Both the position numbers and the translations under genes were made by a program. From a virus (lineage: Duplodnaviria; Caudoviricetes): a DNA stretch of 64,000 nt. The notes beneath the pieces were generated by a model. The model was not told the DNA's origin. It searched no databases and saw only the letters and a program-made list of their open reading frames with translations. Within the stretch, counting starts at the first letter, position 1, and the number at the start of each line of letters is the position of its first letter. The stretch covers positions 224,001 through 288,000 of IMG/VR virus record IMGVR_UViG_3300032280_000442; one strand, written 5' to 3'. Positions 11,601 to 19,995 of the stretch are shown here, in pieces.

Positions 11601-11730
11601 TAAGATATGGTGAGAAAACAACTTCTTCATTAAAGTTTCTCTCATCGCTAACTAATGACATATCATTAGATTCTAACCCTAATTTTATACCCCAATTTGG
11701 TTTTGGAAATTGATTTATATTTTGACTCAC
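8638..11730 (-). CDS. Large structural protein (Cys-rich region, LamG/concanavalin-like segment, Pro/Thr-rich C-terminal linkers)
   Basis: 1030 aa with GTG start; LKIYING...FDGAISQFRMY..PLSAPEVKHNF resembles the end of a LamG domain; long TPTNT tracts. Confidence 0.7.
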   Translation of the reverse strand: MSQNINQFPKPNWGIKLGLESNDMSLVSDERNFNEEVVFSPYLIAQTYGNRLPFYFDIDDSSSVQQYSLIYKHYNFNNVFVSKNYYNPDNLDLSCLTANTSCDIGLTGIDNGLVTGMTGQTITFTNGINDFTKFDRLSFDRRFKMFQVTGYTSSNIRFTGFNKTILYEVISQYDLISGTNIHQLYGGFYQGFYKLFGYDYEIFPERMNKGWSVEMLLKPRFPENNEYSPSSGETTLNVVYPQNKNIFFYMGTRAENKFYHHADGFMGGISAYTRVTSGLVGLETCACCNTGVTDSRCIYVYPPRSINGDHDPHHNYGCNTCGCNSSSYVCSSCGCPTFENDICGWECRNHTCESSVQSTCETDPLFDSISNAISFKLCGDPHNPSIGVKVLRFTGDCVTTGSCETSGITYQTGYTITEYCSPTGIYDYCENVNPAYLEEEHWFQLDAVWERYTWLDTCDLWYRGGLGDITERKLLESLANNSMSLIAPPYTQVGYPAPGEVELVDLNEKWLIDKHYRKGRLKIYINGRRFFTIENFEEIIPRGLNTDKEKQVGVPFNISWGGGTQGLRENLTFSSTTGTTYIQDPESLPTNDLVGTMYSGLTTNILLEQNFGGTFDGAISQFRMYVSPLSAPEVKHNFNLLKDTFNMFNPDCPDCGEEFCPVDDFTFTINGPTPTVTPTPSVTPSVTPTNTVTPSITPTNTITPTNTTTPSVTPSVTPTNTVTPSITPTNTITPTNTTTPSVTPTNTITPTNTTTPSVTPTNTLTPTNTLTPTNTSTLTRTPTITPTTTPAGSVCVSGAGSVGANGTYTYAGNYTLNGFNRPYYVYNAFSIILQEVLGITVWSIYNSDDEATYYYGNTTPPPQYPYQETSWGLAELGVLPAPTVNAFACPTPTNTPTPTLTRTPTLTPTQTPTTTPTNTPTLTRTQTPTPTRTPTPTRPTVYTYNLFGCCLPYQYNCDEITVYSLSPSIVVGTQFYDNPQLTSYVSCNGPGFGALFRNGECNSGAIIYDGVYVNASGVVESVTTEMDCIP
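9453..9696. repeat. Perfect 90-bp tandem duplication plus a partial 48-bp unit inside the Pro/Thr linker
   Basis: 9501-9590 and 9591-9680 are identical (gtgttacacttggtgttgtt...gtcactgatg). Confidence 0.9.
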
Positions 11731-11743
11731 AATCTTTTTTATG

Positions 11744-11771
11744 ATAAATAGTCAGAAACGAAGTATTTATA
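11744..11771. promoter_or_regulatory. Divergent pair of putative late-promoter motifs (TATTTAT on each coding strand)
   Basis: ATAAATA at 11744-11750 precedes the minus-strand start at 11730; TATTTATA at 11764-11771 precedes ATG 11786. Confidence 0.6.
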
Positions 11772-11785
11772 TATAAAAAGTTGAT

Positions 11786-12622
11786 ATGATTAATTTTAAT
11801 ACCGAATATTTTGGAAACAATTGTTACTTCTACATTAAAGATAGAGGTAATAAAATATCCCTTTATTATAATGTGGCGAACACTTTAACGGAATCAAGAA
11901 AATCTGACGATAAAATTGAGTTTGATAAAAAAGACGAAAAAAAAGTTAAAGGTGTGGTTTCTTCAGCATTAAAAACAAAATCTAAAGTTTCTAAAAAAGC
12001 TTTAGATAAAAAACTTAAAGGAATTAAATCCAAAGAAGAAATTGATGAATTAGTTGATGAGGACGGTAATATGTTAGGCTCAAGAATACCAAATCTTAGT
12101 CAAATATTAACACCTCACAAAACTATGGACCAAACAGTCGCAATGACTAGAATGACAAATGACCCTGTAACAAGAGGTTATAGAGTTTATTATGGTGAGA
12201 GTGAAGAAGGAACTGATGATGTAATTAACGAGGTCGATTATTCAGAAGCATTTGGATATGAGGAAACAAAAGATATGGATTATCACGATACCGTTAAAAC
12301 TCTTGAGGAATTGGGTGTTGAAAATGCTGAAGAAAGAGCCGACGAATTTGGTAAAATGCGAAAAGCAAAGAAAAAGAATGGTATATTAAAACAAAGATTG
12401 TCAGAAAAAGAAACATTAGAAGAACGTCAACATAGATTAATGAAAAAAATGGTTGAGGATATTTTAACTAAAAAATCAAAAGATAATTCTGATGTTATTA
12501 AAAACACCGGTGTTAGTAAAATATTAAAAAAAAATATTAAAGCAATAAAAAATATTGCAGACAAAGAAGGTATTAGTATCAATATGTTAATAAAAGCTTT
12601 AAAATCATCAGACGATGAATAG
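11786..12622 (+). CDS. Hypothetical protein, probable internal head protein
   Basis: 278-aa highly charged ORF with LTE/INE/LSE motifs. Confidence 0.75.
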   Translation: MINFNTEYFGNNCYFYIKDRGNKISLYYNVANTLTESRKSDDKIEFDKKDEKKVKGVVSSALKTKSKVSKKALDKKLKGIKSKEEIDELVDEDGNMLGSRIPNLSQILTPHKTMDQTVAMTRMTNDPVTRGYRVYYGESEEGTDDVINEVDYSEAFGYEETKDMDYHDTVKTLEELGVENAEERADEFGKMRKAKKKNGILKQRLSEKETLEERQHRLMKKMVEDILTKKSKDNSDVIKNTGVSKILKKNIKAIKNIADKEGISINMLIKALKSSDDE

Positions 12623-13082
12623 TGAATTATACGGAAAAACTTATCCGGTTCCTCAAGATGTCATTGATTACTTACATCAATGTCATCAAGCTGTTGGTGA
12701 AGTCGATGAAACTACCGAAGGTTTTAAACGTAATAAAGATTTAAGAGAAAAAGGTGAGGTAACTTATCAACAATTAAAACGAATGAAAAATTGGTTTGAT
12801 AATTTCAATGGTCACCAAGATGAAATCTCTCACATATTAAATGGTGGTCACTATGTTAAAAATTGGGTTGAAAATATTTTGAAAGGAGATAGAGATACAA
12901 TAGACACTCGTAAACAATCAACTTCTGAAGTATTACCAAATCAACACATTAAACCTCACGAAAAAGATGGTATGATGAGTATGAATAGACCAAGTCAAAG
13001 TCATAATTCATCTATCAATAAATTTGATACAGCAATCACAGAAAGTTTAAAAAGAATAAACGAATTAATGAAAAAAATATAA
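12615..13082 (+). CDS. Hypothetical phage protein
   Basis: 155 aa, overlaps the upstream gene; ends ITESLKRINELMKKI. Confidence 0.75.
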   Translation: MNSELYGKTYPVPQDVIDYLHQCHQAVGEVDETTEGFKRNKDLREKGEVTYQQLKRMKNWFDNFNGHQDEISHILNGGHYVKNWVENILKGDRDTIDTRKQSTSEVLPNQHIKPHEKDGMMSMNRPSQSHNSSINKFDTAITESLKRINELMKKI

Positions 13083-13087
13083 TAATT

Positions 13088-13384
13088 ATGGCAGTAAATG
13101 AACCATTAGATTTTGCACAACCGGATAATACATTATCATCAATAGCCGAGGCTCAAAGAAAATTATTATTCCCAAAAAATGACTTTAAAAAAACAGATAA
13201 CGAATATTCGTCAGTAAACCCTGATGCTCTTGCCGATGGTGATACTGATGGTAAAGGAACCGGTAACTTTTTAGATGTTTATAATGAACAAGCAGGTGCA
13301 ATCCAAGATATTTTAGAAAGAAAATCTGAAATAGTTTTAAACCAATACAAGTCAAACTCACCTTACACAACACCAAGTGCATAA
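13088..13384 (+). CDS. Hypothetical protein
   Basis: 98-aa ORF, translationally coupled (TAATG) to the next gene. Confidence 0.7.
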   Translation: MAVNEPLDFAQPDNTLSSIAEAQRKLLFPKNDFKKTDNEYSSVNPDALADGDTDGKGTGNFLDVYNEQAGAIQDILERKSEIVLNQYKSNSPYTTPSA

Positions 13385-13782
13385 TGAAACTTTACAACAC
13401 ATTTAAATCTCTTATTTTAGAAGTAGCATCAATCGATTCAATTGTCGATGCTATTAAAAATAAAGATAAGATAATCATTTATTACGACGGTGATGAACCG
13501 GGAGGACGTGGTTTAAGAAATATTGAACCCGTTTGTTTTGGATATTCAAAAGCCGGAAACCCTGTATTAAGAGCTTGGGATGAAGAGGGAGCCTCTCACA
13601 CCGGTTATAAAGGTGAACAACCCTTACCAGGATGGAGATTATTTAGAGCGGATAAAATCCTTTCTTTTAAACCATCAGGTGAAAAGTTTAACGAACCAAA
13701 GCCCGGATACAATTTTAATGGGGATAAAAGTATGAACAGAGTTATCATAAACGCGGTTTTCGGACAAAACCCAACACAATAA
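13384..13782 (+). CDS. Stand-alone WYL-domain protein
   Basis: AIKNK.KIIIYY...RNIEP.......VLRAW...WRLFRADKI matches the WYL pattern. Confidence 0.8.
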   Translation: MKLYNTFKSLILEVASIDSIVDAIKNKDKIIIYYDGDEPGGRGLRNIEPVCFGYSKAGNPVLRAWDEEGASHTGYKGEQPLPGWRLFRADKILSFKPSGEKFNEPKPGYNFNGDKSMNRVIINAVFGQNPTQ

Positions 13783-13791
13783 TTAAATTTT

Positions 13792-14424
13792 ATGACAAAC
13801 GAATTAAGTTTAATGGAAAAATTAGCGGTATCCAAAAAAATAATGGACGCCCATAATAGAATACCAACAGGTGGAGCATCACAATCAATGGGGTCTTATA
13901 ATACGCCTATGGTTGAAAATTACGAACCAGTAAAAGCTTCTTATAATATACCTCAAGAATTATTACAAGAATCTGAAATAAACCAACCATATTTATCATC
14001 AATACCAAAAACTCCATCTGCACCACAACCATTAACAAGTGATAGAGTTATGGCATCAAAATTACCTGACGCAATTAAAAGATTAATGATTGAACACCCT
14101 ATTGAAATTCCAAACTCAATGGGAGGTGGTGGTTCTGTATTATCAGATGAATTAGTTGAAAAAGCAACTAGATTGATGAATACAGATGCTAGAGGAAATC
14201 AAGTTAATCAACCAAAACAAGTTGTTAGAGAACAATCCCCTATACAACAACCTCAAGTTAATAATAAACAATTACGTGAAATGTTAAAAGAAGTTGTAGA
14301 GGAAGTCTTACAAGAAAACGGAATTTTATCAGAATCAGAACAAAAATCAAACGAAGTCTTTTCTTTTAAAGTAGGAAAACATATATTTGAAGGTAAGGTT
14401 ACTAAGATAAAAAAAATCTCTTAA
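13792..14424 (+). CDS. Hypothetical phage protein
   Basis: 210-aa ORF followed by an intrinsic terminator. Confidence 0.75.
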   Translation: MTNELSLMEKLAVSKKIMDAHNRIPTGGASQSMGSYNTPMVENYEPVKASYNIPQELLQESEINQPYLSSIPKTPSAPQPLTSDRVMASKLPDAIKRLMIEHPIEIPNSMGGGGSVLSDELVEKATRLMNTDARGNQVNQPKQVVREQSPIQQPQVNNKQLREMLKEVVEEVLQENGILSESEQKSNEVFSFKVGKHIFEGKVTKIKKIS

Positions 14425-14444
14425 CTTTATTTACTCTCAAGATT

Positions 14445-14474
14445 AACCCCTTTCTACCAAGATTGGGGTTTTTT
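14445..14474 (+). terminator. Rho-independent terminator
   Basis: AACCCC...GGGGTT stem followed by a T-run, 20 nt after the stop at 14424. Confidence 0.7.
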
Positions 14475-14508
14475 ATTTTAAAATAGTTTCCTTTTGATTA
14501 AACCGGTA

Positions 14509-14516
14509 TATTTATA
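14509..14516 (+). promoter_or_regulatory. Putative late-promoter motif TATTTATA
   Basis: Lies 17 nt upstream of ATG 14534. Confidence 0.55.
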
Positions 14517-14533
14517 TAATAAAAAATTATGTT

Positions 14534-15448
14534 ATGGATATTAAAACTGAAAAAAAAATTATCTCCGAATATAAAAAGGGAAAAAGTAGTTTAGACATTG
14601 TTAAAATTGTTGGTTTATCAAAACCTACAATCCTTAAAGTATTAAACAAACATAATCTCGTTAGAAAAAGAGATAGATGTTCCACATTAGATATTAAAAA
14701 AGAGGGGGAAAGATATTATATAACTCGTAAATGCCCTAAATGTAATAAAGACATTAAAACAACTTCAAAAGATAAAGTAATTGCGTGTAGGAATTACTTT
14801 AACGCAATTAATAGCCATCATAATTGTGTTAAATGTATGTCAGAATCATTTATTGGGGAGGGAAATCATTTCTTTGGTAAAACACATACCAAAGAAAGTA
14901 TTAAAAAAATGTCTAAAAGTAAAACAGGTCAATATACCGGAGACAAAAACCATATGAAACAAGAAAAATATCGTCAAATGAGTAGAGATATTATGAGGTC
15001 AAATTGGGATAACGGTATTTTAGATAGAAAAGTCATTTCAGAACAAATGAAACAAACTCAGAGAAGTGGTAAAATTAAATCCGGTATAATATCAAAAAGA
15101 GAAAAAGAAATTGTTAAAGAAATAAAACAATTGGGTTATAAACTAATTCATTCATATCGTGTTGATACTAAAATTTGTGATGTATACATACCATCATTAA
15201 ATTTAATTATCGAATATTTTGGTGACTATTGGCATTGTAACCCCAAAAAATACGAATCGGATTTTTTTAATAAAAAAAAGGGTAAGTTTGCTTGGGAATT
15301 ATGGGATTATGATAAAAAGAAACTTGAATTAATCAAAAGTTATGGTTATAATTTAGAAGTTGTGTGGGAGGGTGACCTTAAACTCAACAATAAATTAATA
15401 GAAATCATAATAGAAAACTATGTCACAAAACTCACTTCAACGCCCTAA
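14534..15448 (+). CDS. Free-standing homing endonuclease (HTH + CxxC Zn finger + NUMOD3 + Vsr/DUF559-like nuclease)
   Basis: N-terminal HTH-like segment, CPKC/CVKC, GEGNHFFGKTHTKESIKKMS (NUMOD3), C-terminal CDVYIP..NLIIEYFGDYWH...GYNLEVVWE. Confidence 0.8.
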   Translation: MDIKTEKKIISEYKKGKSSLDIVKIVGLSKPTILKVLNKHNLVRKRDRCSTLDIKKEGERYYITRKCPKCNKDIKTTSKDKVIACRNYFNAINSHHNCVKCMSESFIGEGNHFFGKTHTKESIKKMSKSKTGQYTGDKNHMKQEKYRQMSRDIMRSNWDNGILDRKVISEQMKQTQRSGKIKSGIISKREKEIVKEIKQLGYKLIHSYRVDTKICDVYIPSLNLIIEYFGDYWHCNPKKYESDFFNKKKGKFAWELWDYDKKKLELIKSYGYNLEVVWEGDLKLNNKLIEIIIENYVTKLTSTP

Positions 15449-16681
15449 CGGTCAAGAAAAGATTAGCGTACTTGTACTGCCATCTGACCGTACGGGCGTT
15501 GGTTAAATCAAGGTAAATTTAGGTCAGTTGACCCCCACGTATTCCTACAAAACCTGTATCCGGATGACTTCCACGTAGATATTGACTACGAACCACAGAT
15601 AAATAATGTCGAATATTGGAAAAAATATCAGATAGTTCACGCTCACAGAACAATTGGGCAAGATTATAATATCGCACCTCAATTAATTGAATGGTTAAAA
15701 TCAATTGGTATTATTGTTATTATTGACCTTGATGATTATTGGTTACCAACTAAGGAACATCCAATACATAATATTATTGTTAAACATAAAATTGATGAGA
15801 AAATTAAGGCAAACTTAAAAGTTGCGTCATATGTAACAACCACTACGGATATTTTTGCAAATGAAATTAAAAAATTAAACAAAAATGTTATTGTATTTCC
15901 AAACGCAATTAATCCAAAAGAATTACAATTTAATCAACCAACACCTCCATCAGATAAAATTAGAGTAGGATGGTTAGGTGGTTCATCTCATTTACACGAC
16001 TTAGAATTACTTGGCGGGTTTGTACAAAAAAATCAAGATATTAACGATAAATTACAATACGTTATTTGTGGGTTCGATACAAGAGGGACTGTTACGGAAA
16101 TTAACCCACAAACAGGAGAAGAAAAACAAAGAGATATTTTACCTCACGAAACAGTGTGGGCTCGTTATGAAGAGATTTTTACCACTAACTATAAGACAAT
16201 CGATGATGACTATAAAAAGTTTTTATTAGAGTTTAAAGAAGGTGAATACAATTCAGGAAATAATTTACCATATGTTCGAGTTTGGACTAAACCTGTTACT
16301 ACTTATGCTATGAATTATTCAAAATTTGATATATCTTTGGCACCAATTAAAAACCATATTTTTAATGTAATGAAATCTCAGTTAAAAGTGATTGAAGCTG
16401 GATTTTATAAAAAAGCGTTAATTGCGTCTGAGATTGGTCCTTATACAATTGATTTAGTTCATTGTTTAAAAAATGGTGAGTTTAATGAAGAAGGTAACGC
16501 TATTCTAATTCCTGAAAATAGAAATCATAGTGATTGGGCTAAATCGATTAAGAAATTGGTTCAAAATCCTGAAATGATTAAAGTATTGGGTGAGAGATTA
16601 TATAATACCGTTAAGGATAAATACGATTTAAATATTGTAACAAAAAATAGAGCAGAATTTTACAAATCTTTAATAAAATAA
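15420..16681 (+). CDS. GT-B fold glycosyltransferase split by an 11-nt insert (15504-15514); ~416 aa if the insert is bypassed, otherwise a pseudogene
   Basis: ATG 15420 gives MSQNSLQRPNGQEKISVLVLPSDRTGVG*. The -1 frame continues KFRSVDPHVFLQ...IIDLDDYW...VFPNAI...RVGWLGGSSHLHDL, open through the track ORF 16154-16681 (DISLAP...FNVMKSQLKVIEAG), and has no start codon before 16154. Confidence 0.8.
15437..15502 (+). other. GC-rich RNA hairpin ending on the putative take-off codon
   Basis: CAACGCCC (15438-45) pairs with GGGCGTTG (15494-501) and ACGGTCA (15448-54) pairs with TGACCGT (15485-91), separated by a 2x2 internal loop. Confidence 0.7.
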
Positions 16682-16683
16682 AA

Positions 16684-17385
16684 ATGATAAAAATACCTTT
16701 AAGTAAAATATTGTTTCTTGATATTGAAACAGTAGGTGGTTGTAAAAATTATACCGAGTGTCAAGTTAGTAATCCAAATGTTGCAAAACAATTTGAGAAA
16801 TATTTCGATTGGTTCCAAAAAAGATTTCCGGAAGATGCCGGTTTTTCTACCGATAAGGTTTTTGAAAAAAGAGCTGCATTAGTTCCGGAGTTTGCAAAAA
16901 TTGTTTGTGTTAGTGTCGCATTTGTTATGGACAACGGTGATATTAAAAAACAATCATTTTCAGGTGACGATGAAAAATCATTATTAAAAGAATGTCAATC
17001 ATTACTTAATCGTTGTGGTAAATTAGATTTTTATCTATGTGGTCACAATCTTAAGAATTTTGATATTCCAATGTTGGCAAAAAGAATGATTATAAATGGA
17101 TTAATGCCCCCATCAATCTTACCGTCATATGATACTAAGCCGTGGGAGATTAAAGCTATTGATACCAAAGAAATTTGGCAGTACGGAGCCTACACAGCAA
17201 TTGGGTCATTAGACCTAATGTGTTCTTGTATGGATGTCCCTTCACCAAAGGAAGGTGATGTTACCGGAGATAAAGTTCACGACGCATATTGGAATAAAAA
17301 TATGTTACCTGAAATCACAGCTTATTGCGAACGTGATGTATTGGTATTGATTGACGTAATAAAAAAATTAAAAGAATTAGAATAA
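16684..17385 (+). CDS. 3'-5' exonuclease (DnaQ-like, PolB-exo type)
   Basis: ExoI LFLDIET, ExoII GHNLKNFDIP and ExoIII YCERDV motifs. Confidence 0.85.
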   Translation: MIKIPLSKILFLDIETVGGCKNYTECQVSNPNVAKQFEKYFDWFQKRFPEDAGFSTDKVFEKRAALVPEFAKIVCVSVAFVMDNGDIKKQSFSGDDEKSLLKECQSLLNRCGKLDFYLCGHNLKNFDIPMLAKRMIINGLMPPSILPSYDTKPWEIKAIDTKEIWQYGAYTAIGSLDLMCSCMDVPSPKEGDVTGDKVHDAYWNKNMLPEITAYCERDVLVLIDVIKKLKELE

Positions 17386-17987
17386 TGGATAATTTTGACG
17401 AATTAGCAAAATTAAGAGATAGATTGCTTAATTTACAAGAAACTTTTTCATCTGAAACTGGTGAGATAAATTATGATGACATTTTAAATGAAATGGATGT
17501 TGATTTAAAACAAATTGAAGAAAATATTGTTGAAAATAACACTAAATTAGATTTACCTTATCAAATACTTCATCCGGACACAATCCATCCAAAATACAAT
17601 TACGATAGTGACTCAGGATTTGATTTACATTCAACAGAAGAGGTTACTATACCCCCATTTGGTAGAGCATTAGTTCCAAGTGGGTTAGCCTTTGATATTA
17701 GAGATGGTTTTGAAATTCAAGTAAGAACAAAAAGTGGTTTAGCTATCAATCAAGGTCTTATGGTTTTAAACTCACCGGGAACCGTAGATAATGGATACAC
17801 AGGAGAAGTTAAAGGAATTATATTCAACACAAACCCTACTGAGGTGACAATCCCAAAAGGTATGAAATTTGGTCAAGCAGTTTTATGTCCTGTTGTAAAT
17901 GGTGCTTGGGTTGATTTAAATCAAGTTGCAAAAATAAATAAAAAAGAACGAGGAGCTAACGGATTTGGTTCTACAGGTATATTATGA
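17385..17987 (+). CDS. dut: dUTP diphosphatase
   Basis: SGFDL, RTKSGLA, GTVDNGYTGE, QAVL and RGANGFGSTG motifs. Confidence 0.95.
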   Translation: MDNFDELAKLRDRLLNLQETFSSETGEINYDDILNEMDVDLKQIEENIVENNTKLDLPYQILHPDTIHPKYNYDSDSGFDLHSTEEVTIPPFGRALVPSGLAFDIRDGFEIQVRTKSGLAINQGLMVLNSPGTVDNGYTGEVKGIIFNTNPTEVTIPKGMKFGQAVLCPVVNGAWVDLNQVAKINKKERGANGFGSTGIL

Positions 17988-19378
17988 TTACAATAGTTTA
18001 CTCAACACATAAAGACGAAACTTATAATAACAAATTTAAACAACATTTGTTACAAACTGTTGGTTTAAAAAATGTTCAAATTTTAGAATACACAAACTAC
18101 AATCAATATAGTTTAACTGAAGTTTATAATAAAGGTTTAAACGAATCGGTTAATGATATTGTTGTATTTTGTCATAACGACATTATTTTTGAAAAAGAAT
18201 ATTGGGGTAAACGAGTTTTAGAACATTTTGTTAAAAAACCTGAATATGGTATATTAGGTGTTGCCGGGACATCATATTACCCTAGTTCTGGAAGATGGTG
18301 GGACATACAGGGTGAGATGATTGGTCAAGTTTATCACCAACACGAAGGTAGAAAATGGTTATCTGAATATAATAAACCATTTGGTAATAAAGTAATTGAT
18401 TCTATCATTGTTGATGGACTTTTCTTTGCGGTTAAAAAAAGTAATTTAAAAACTAATTTTGACGAATCATTTACCGGATTTCATTTTTATGATACTTCAT
18501 TTTGTATGAGTAATCATTTATTAGGCGTTAAAATTGGGACAATTTCAAATGTTGCATTAACACATCTTTCTATTGGTATGACTAATAATCAATGGGAACA
18601 GAATCGATTATTATTTTTAGAAAAATACAAAGAAAGTTTACCTATTAAATTAGAATCAAAATACCCTATAAGTAAAATTAATCCAAAATTACCTTTGGTT
18701 TCTATAATAATACCAATTTATAATTATGGGGTTCAATTTGAAAAGGCGTTACAATCAGTATTTAACTCTACTTACAAAAACATAGAGATTGTTATTGTCG
18801 ATGATGGGTCTACAAACACTTATGTTAAATTAAAATTAGATAGTATTAAAGACCATCCAAATGTTAAAATTATTCATCAAGAAAATCAAGGACCTTCTTC
18901 TGCAAGAAATAATGGAATTAAAAATTCTAATGGTGATTTAATATTACCATTAGATGCCGATGATATGGTTCAACCTGACTATATCCAATTATGTGTTAAC
19001 ATATTGAAAAACAATAAAAATATAAGTCCGGTTTATTGTGATACTCATCATATTGGGCAAACTCAAGGTATTGAGGTAAGACCTGAATGGTCATTAGAAA
19101 GATTAAATAAAGGACCATTTATTGTTAATTGTTCTATGTTTCACAGAGAGGCATTTGATAAATGTGACGGATATGATGTCGAATTAAAAGGGTGGGAAGA
19201 TTATGATTTATGGCTTAGAATGGGGATTAACGGATATGTAGGTAAAAGAATACCTAAACCTTTATTTATATATTTTCATCACGAAATTGATGGAACGGTA
19301 TCTTCTGAAGCTAACGTTAATCAAATTGAATTACACCAAAAAATATTAAACAAAAACTATAGTAATGAAATTATTTGA
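17984..19378 (+). CDS. Two-domain glycosyltransferase (GT-A + GT2)
   Basis: N-terminal VFCHND...GILGVAG...VDGLF...FHFYD; C-terminal VSIIIPIYN...VDDGS...ARNNG...LDADD...EDYDLW. Confidence 0.9.
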   Translation: MITIVYSTHKDETYNNKFKQHLLQTVGLKNVQILEYTNYNQYSLTEVYNKGLNESVNDIVVFCHNDIIFEKEYWGKRVLEHFVKKPEYGILGVAGTSYYPSSGRWWDIQGEMIGQVYHQHEGRKWLSEYNKPFGNKVIDSIIVDGLFFAVKKSNLKTNFDESFTGFHFYDTSFCMSNHLLGVKIGTISNVALTHLSIGMTNNQWEQNRLLFLEKYKESLPIKLESKYPISKINPKLPLVSIIIPIYNYGVQFEKALQSVFNSTYKNIEIVIVDDGSTNTYVKLKLDSIKDHPNVKIIHQENQGPSSARNNGIKNSNGDLILPLDADDMVQPDYIQLCVNILKNNKNISPVYCDTHHIGQTQGIEVRPEWSLERLNKGPFIVNCSMFHREAFDKCDGYDVELKGWEDYDLWLRMGINGYVGKRIPKPLFIYFHHEIDGTVSSEANVNQIELHQKILNKNYSNEII

Positions 19379-19994
19379 AAAATTTGACAAAGTATATTGT
19401 ATTAATTTAGACCGAAGACCGGATAGATTAGAAAATTTTACTAAAGAAGTCGAGAAACATAACTTAGGTGAATTTGAAAGATTTTCAGCATATGACGGTA
19501 AACAATTAAATTTAACTAATGAACATAATTTAAAACCAGGTGAGATTGGTGTAATAAAATCTAATTTAGATATTATTAAAAACGCAAAGAAAAATAATTA
19601 TAAGACCATTTTAATTATTGAGGACGATTGTGTGTTCAATGATGAGATTGTTAATTTTGAAGATTATTTTAATCAACTACCTAATGATTGGGATATGATA
19701 TATATGGGAGGTAATCACAATACTCATATGGGAGTTAATCCTCCTCAACAAATTAACGATAAAGTTGTAAAATTACACTCAACATACTCAGCACATTTTA
19801 TTGGGATTAAATCGTCTGTATTTGACCACATAGAAGTTTTATTAGAAAGAGGTCAACAACCGTTAGACGTTGAATACGTTAAATTACAAAAAATATTTAA
19901 TTGTTATTCTTTTACTCCAGCATTAACAAGTCAATTAGTTAATTTTTCAGATATTCAGGAATCAACAACAGATTATAACTGGTTAATAAAATAA
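19365..19994 (+). CDS. Glycosyltransferase family 25-like
   Basis: YCINLDRRPDR, SAYDG, GEIG, LIIEDD and WDMIYMG motifs. Confidence 0.85.
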   Translation: MKLFEKFDKVYCINLDRRPDRLENFTKEVEKHNLGEFERFSAYDGKQLNLTNEHNLKPGEIGVIKSNLDIIKNAKKNNYKTILIIEDDCVFNDEIVNFEDYFNQLPNDWDMIYMGGNHNTHMGVNPPQQINDKVVKLHSTYSAHFIGIKSSVFDHIEVLLERGQQPLDVEYVKLQKIFNCYSFTPALTSQLVNFSDIQESTTDYNWLIK

Positions 19995-19995
19995 T

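Noticed and set aside
15504-15514. Stop-codon reassignment, a -1 slippery frameshift or a self-splicing intron as the explanation for the GT break
   Set aside because: TAA, TAG and TGA all serve as stops elsewhere in the window, and readthrough would stay out of frame. There is no X XXY YYZ heptamer, and 11 nt is far too short for a group I or II intron.
16154-16681. Track ORF as a complete 175-aa gene starting at GTG
   Set aside because: The same frame is open with clear GT-like sequence back to 15488, so this is only the C-terminal part of the interrupted glycosyltransferase.
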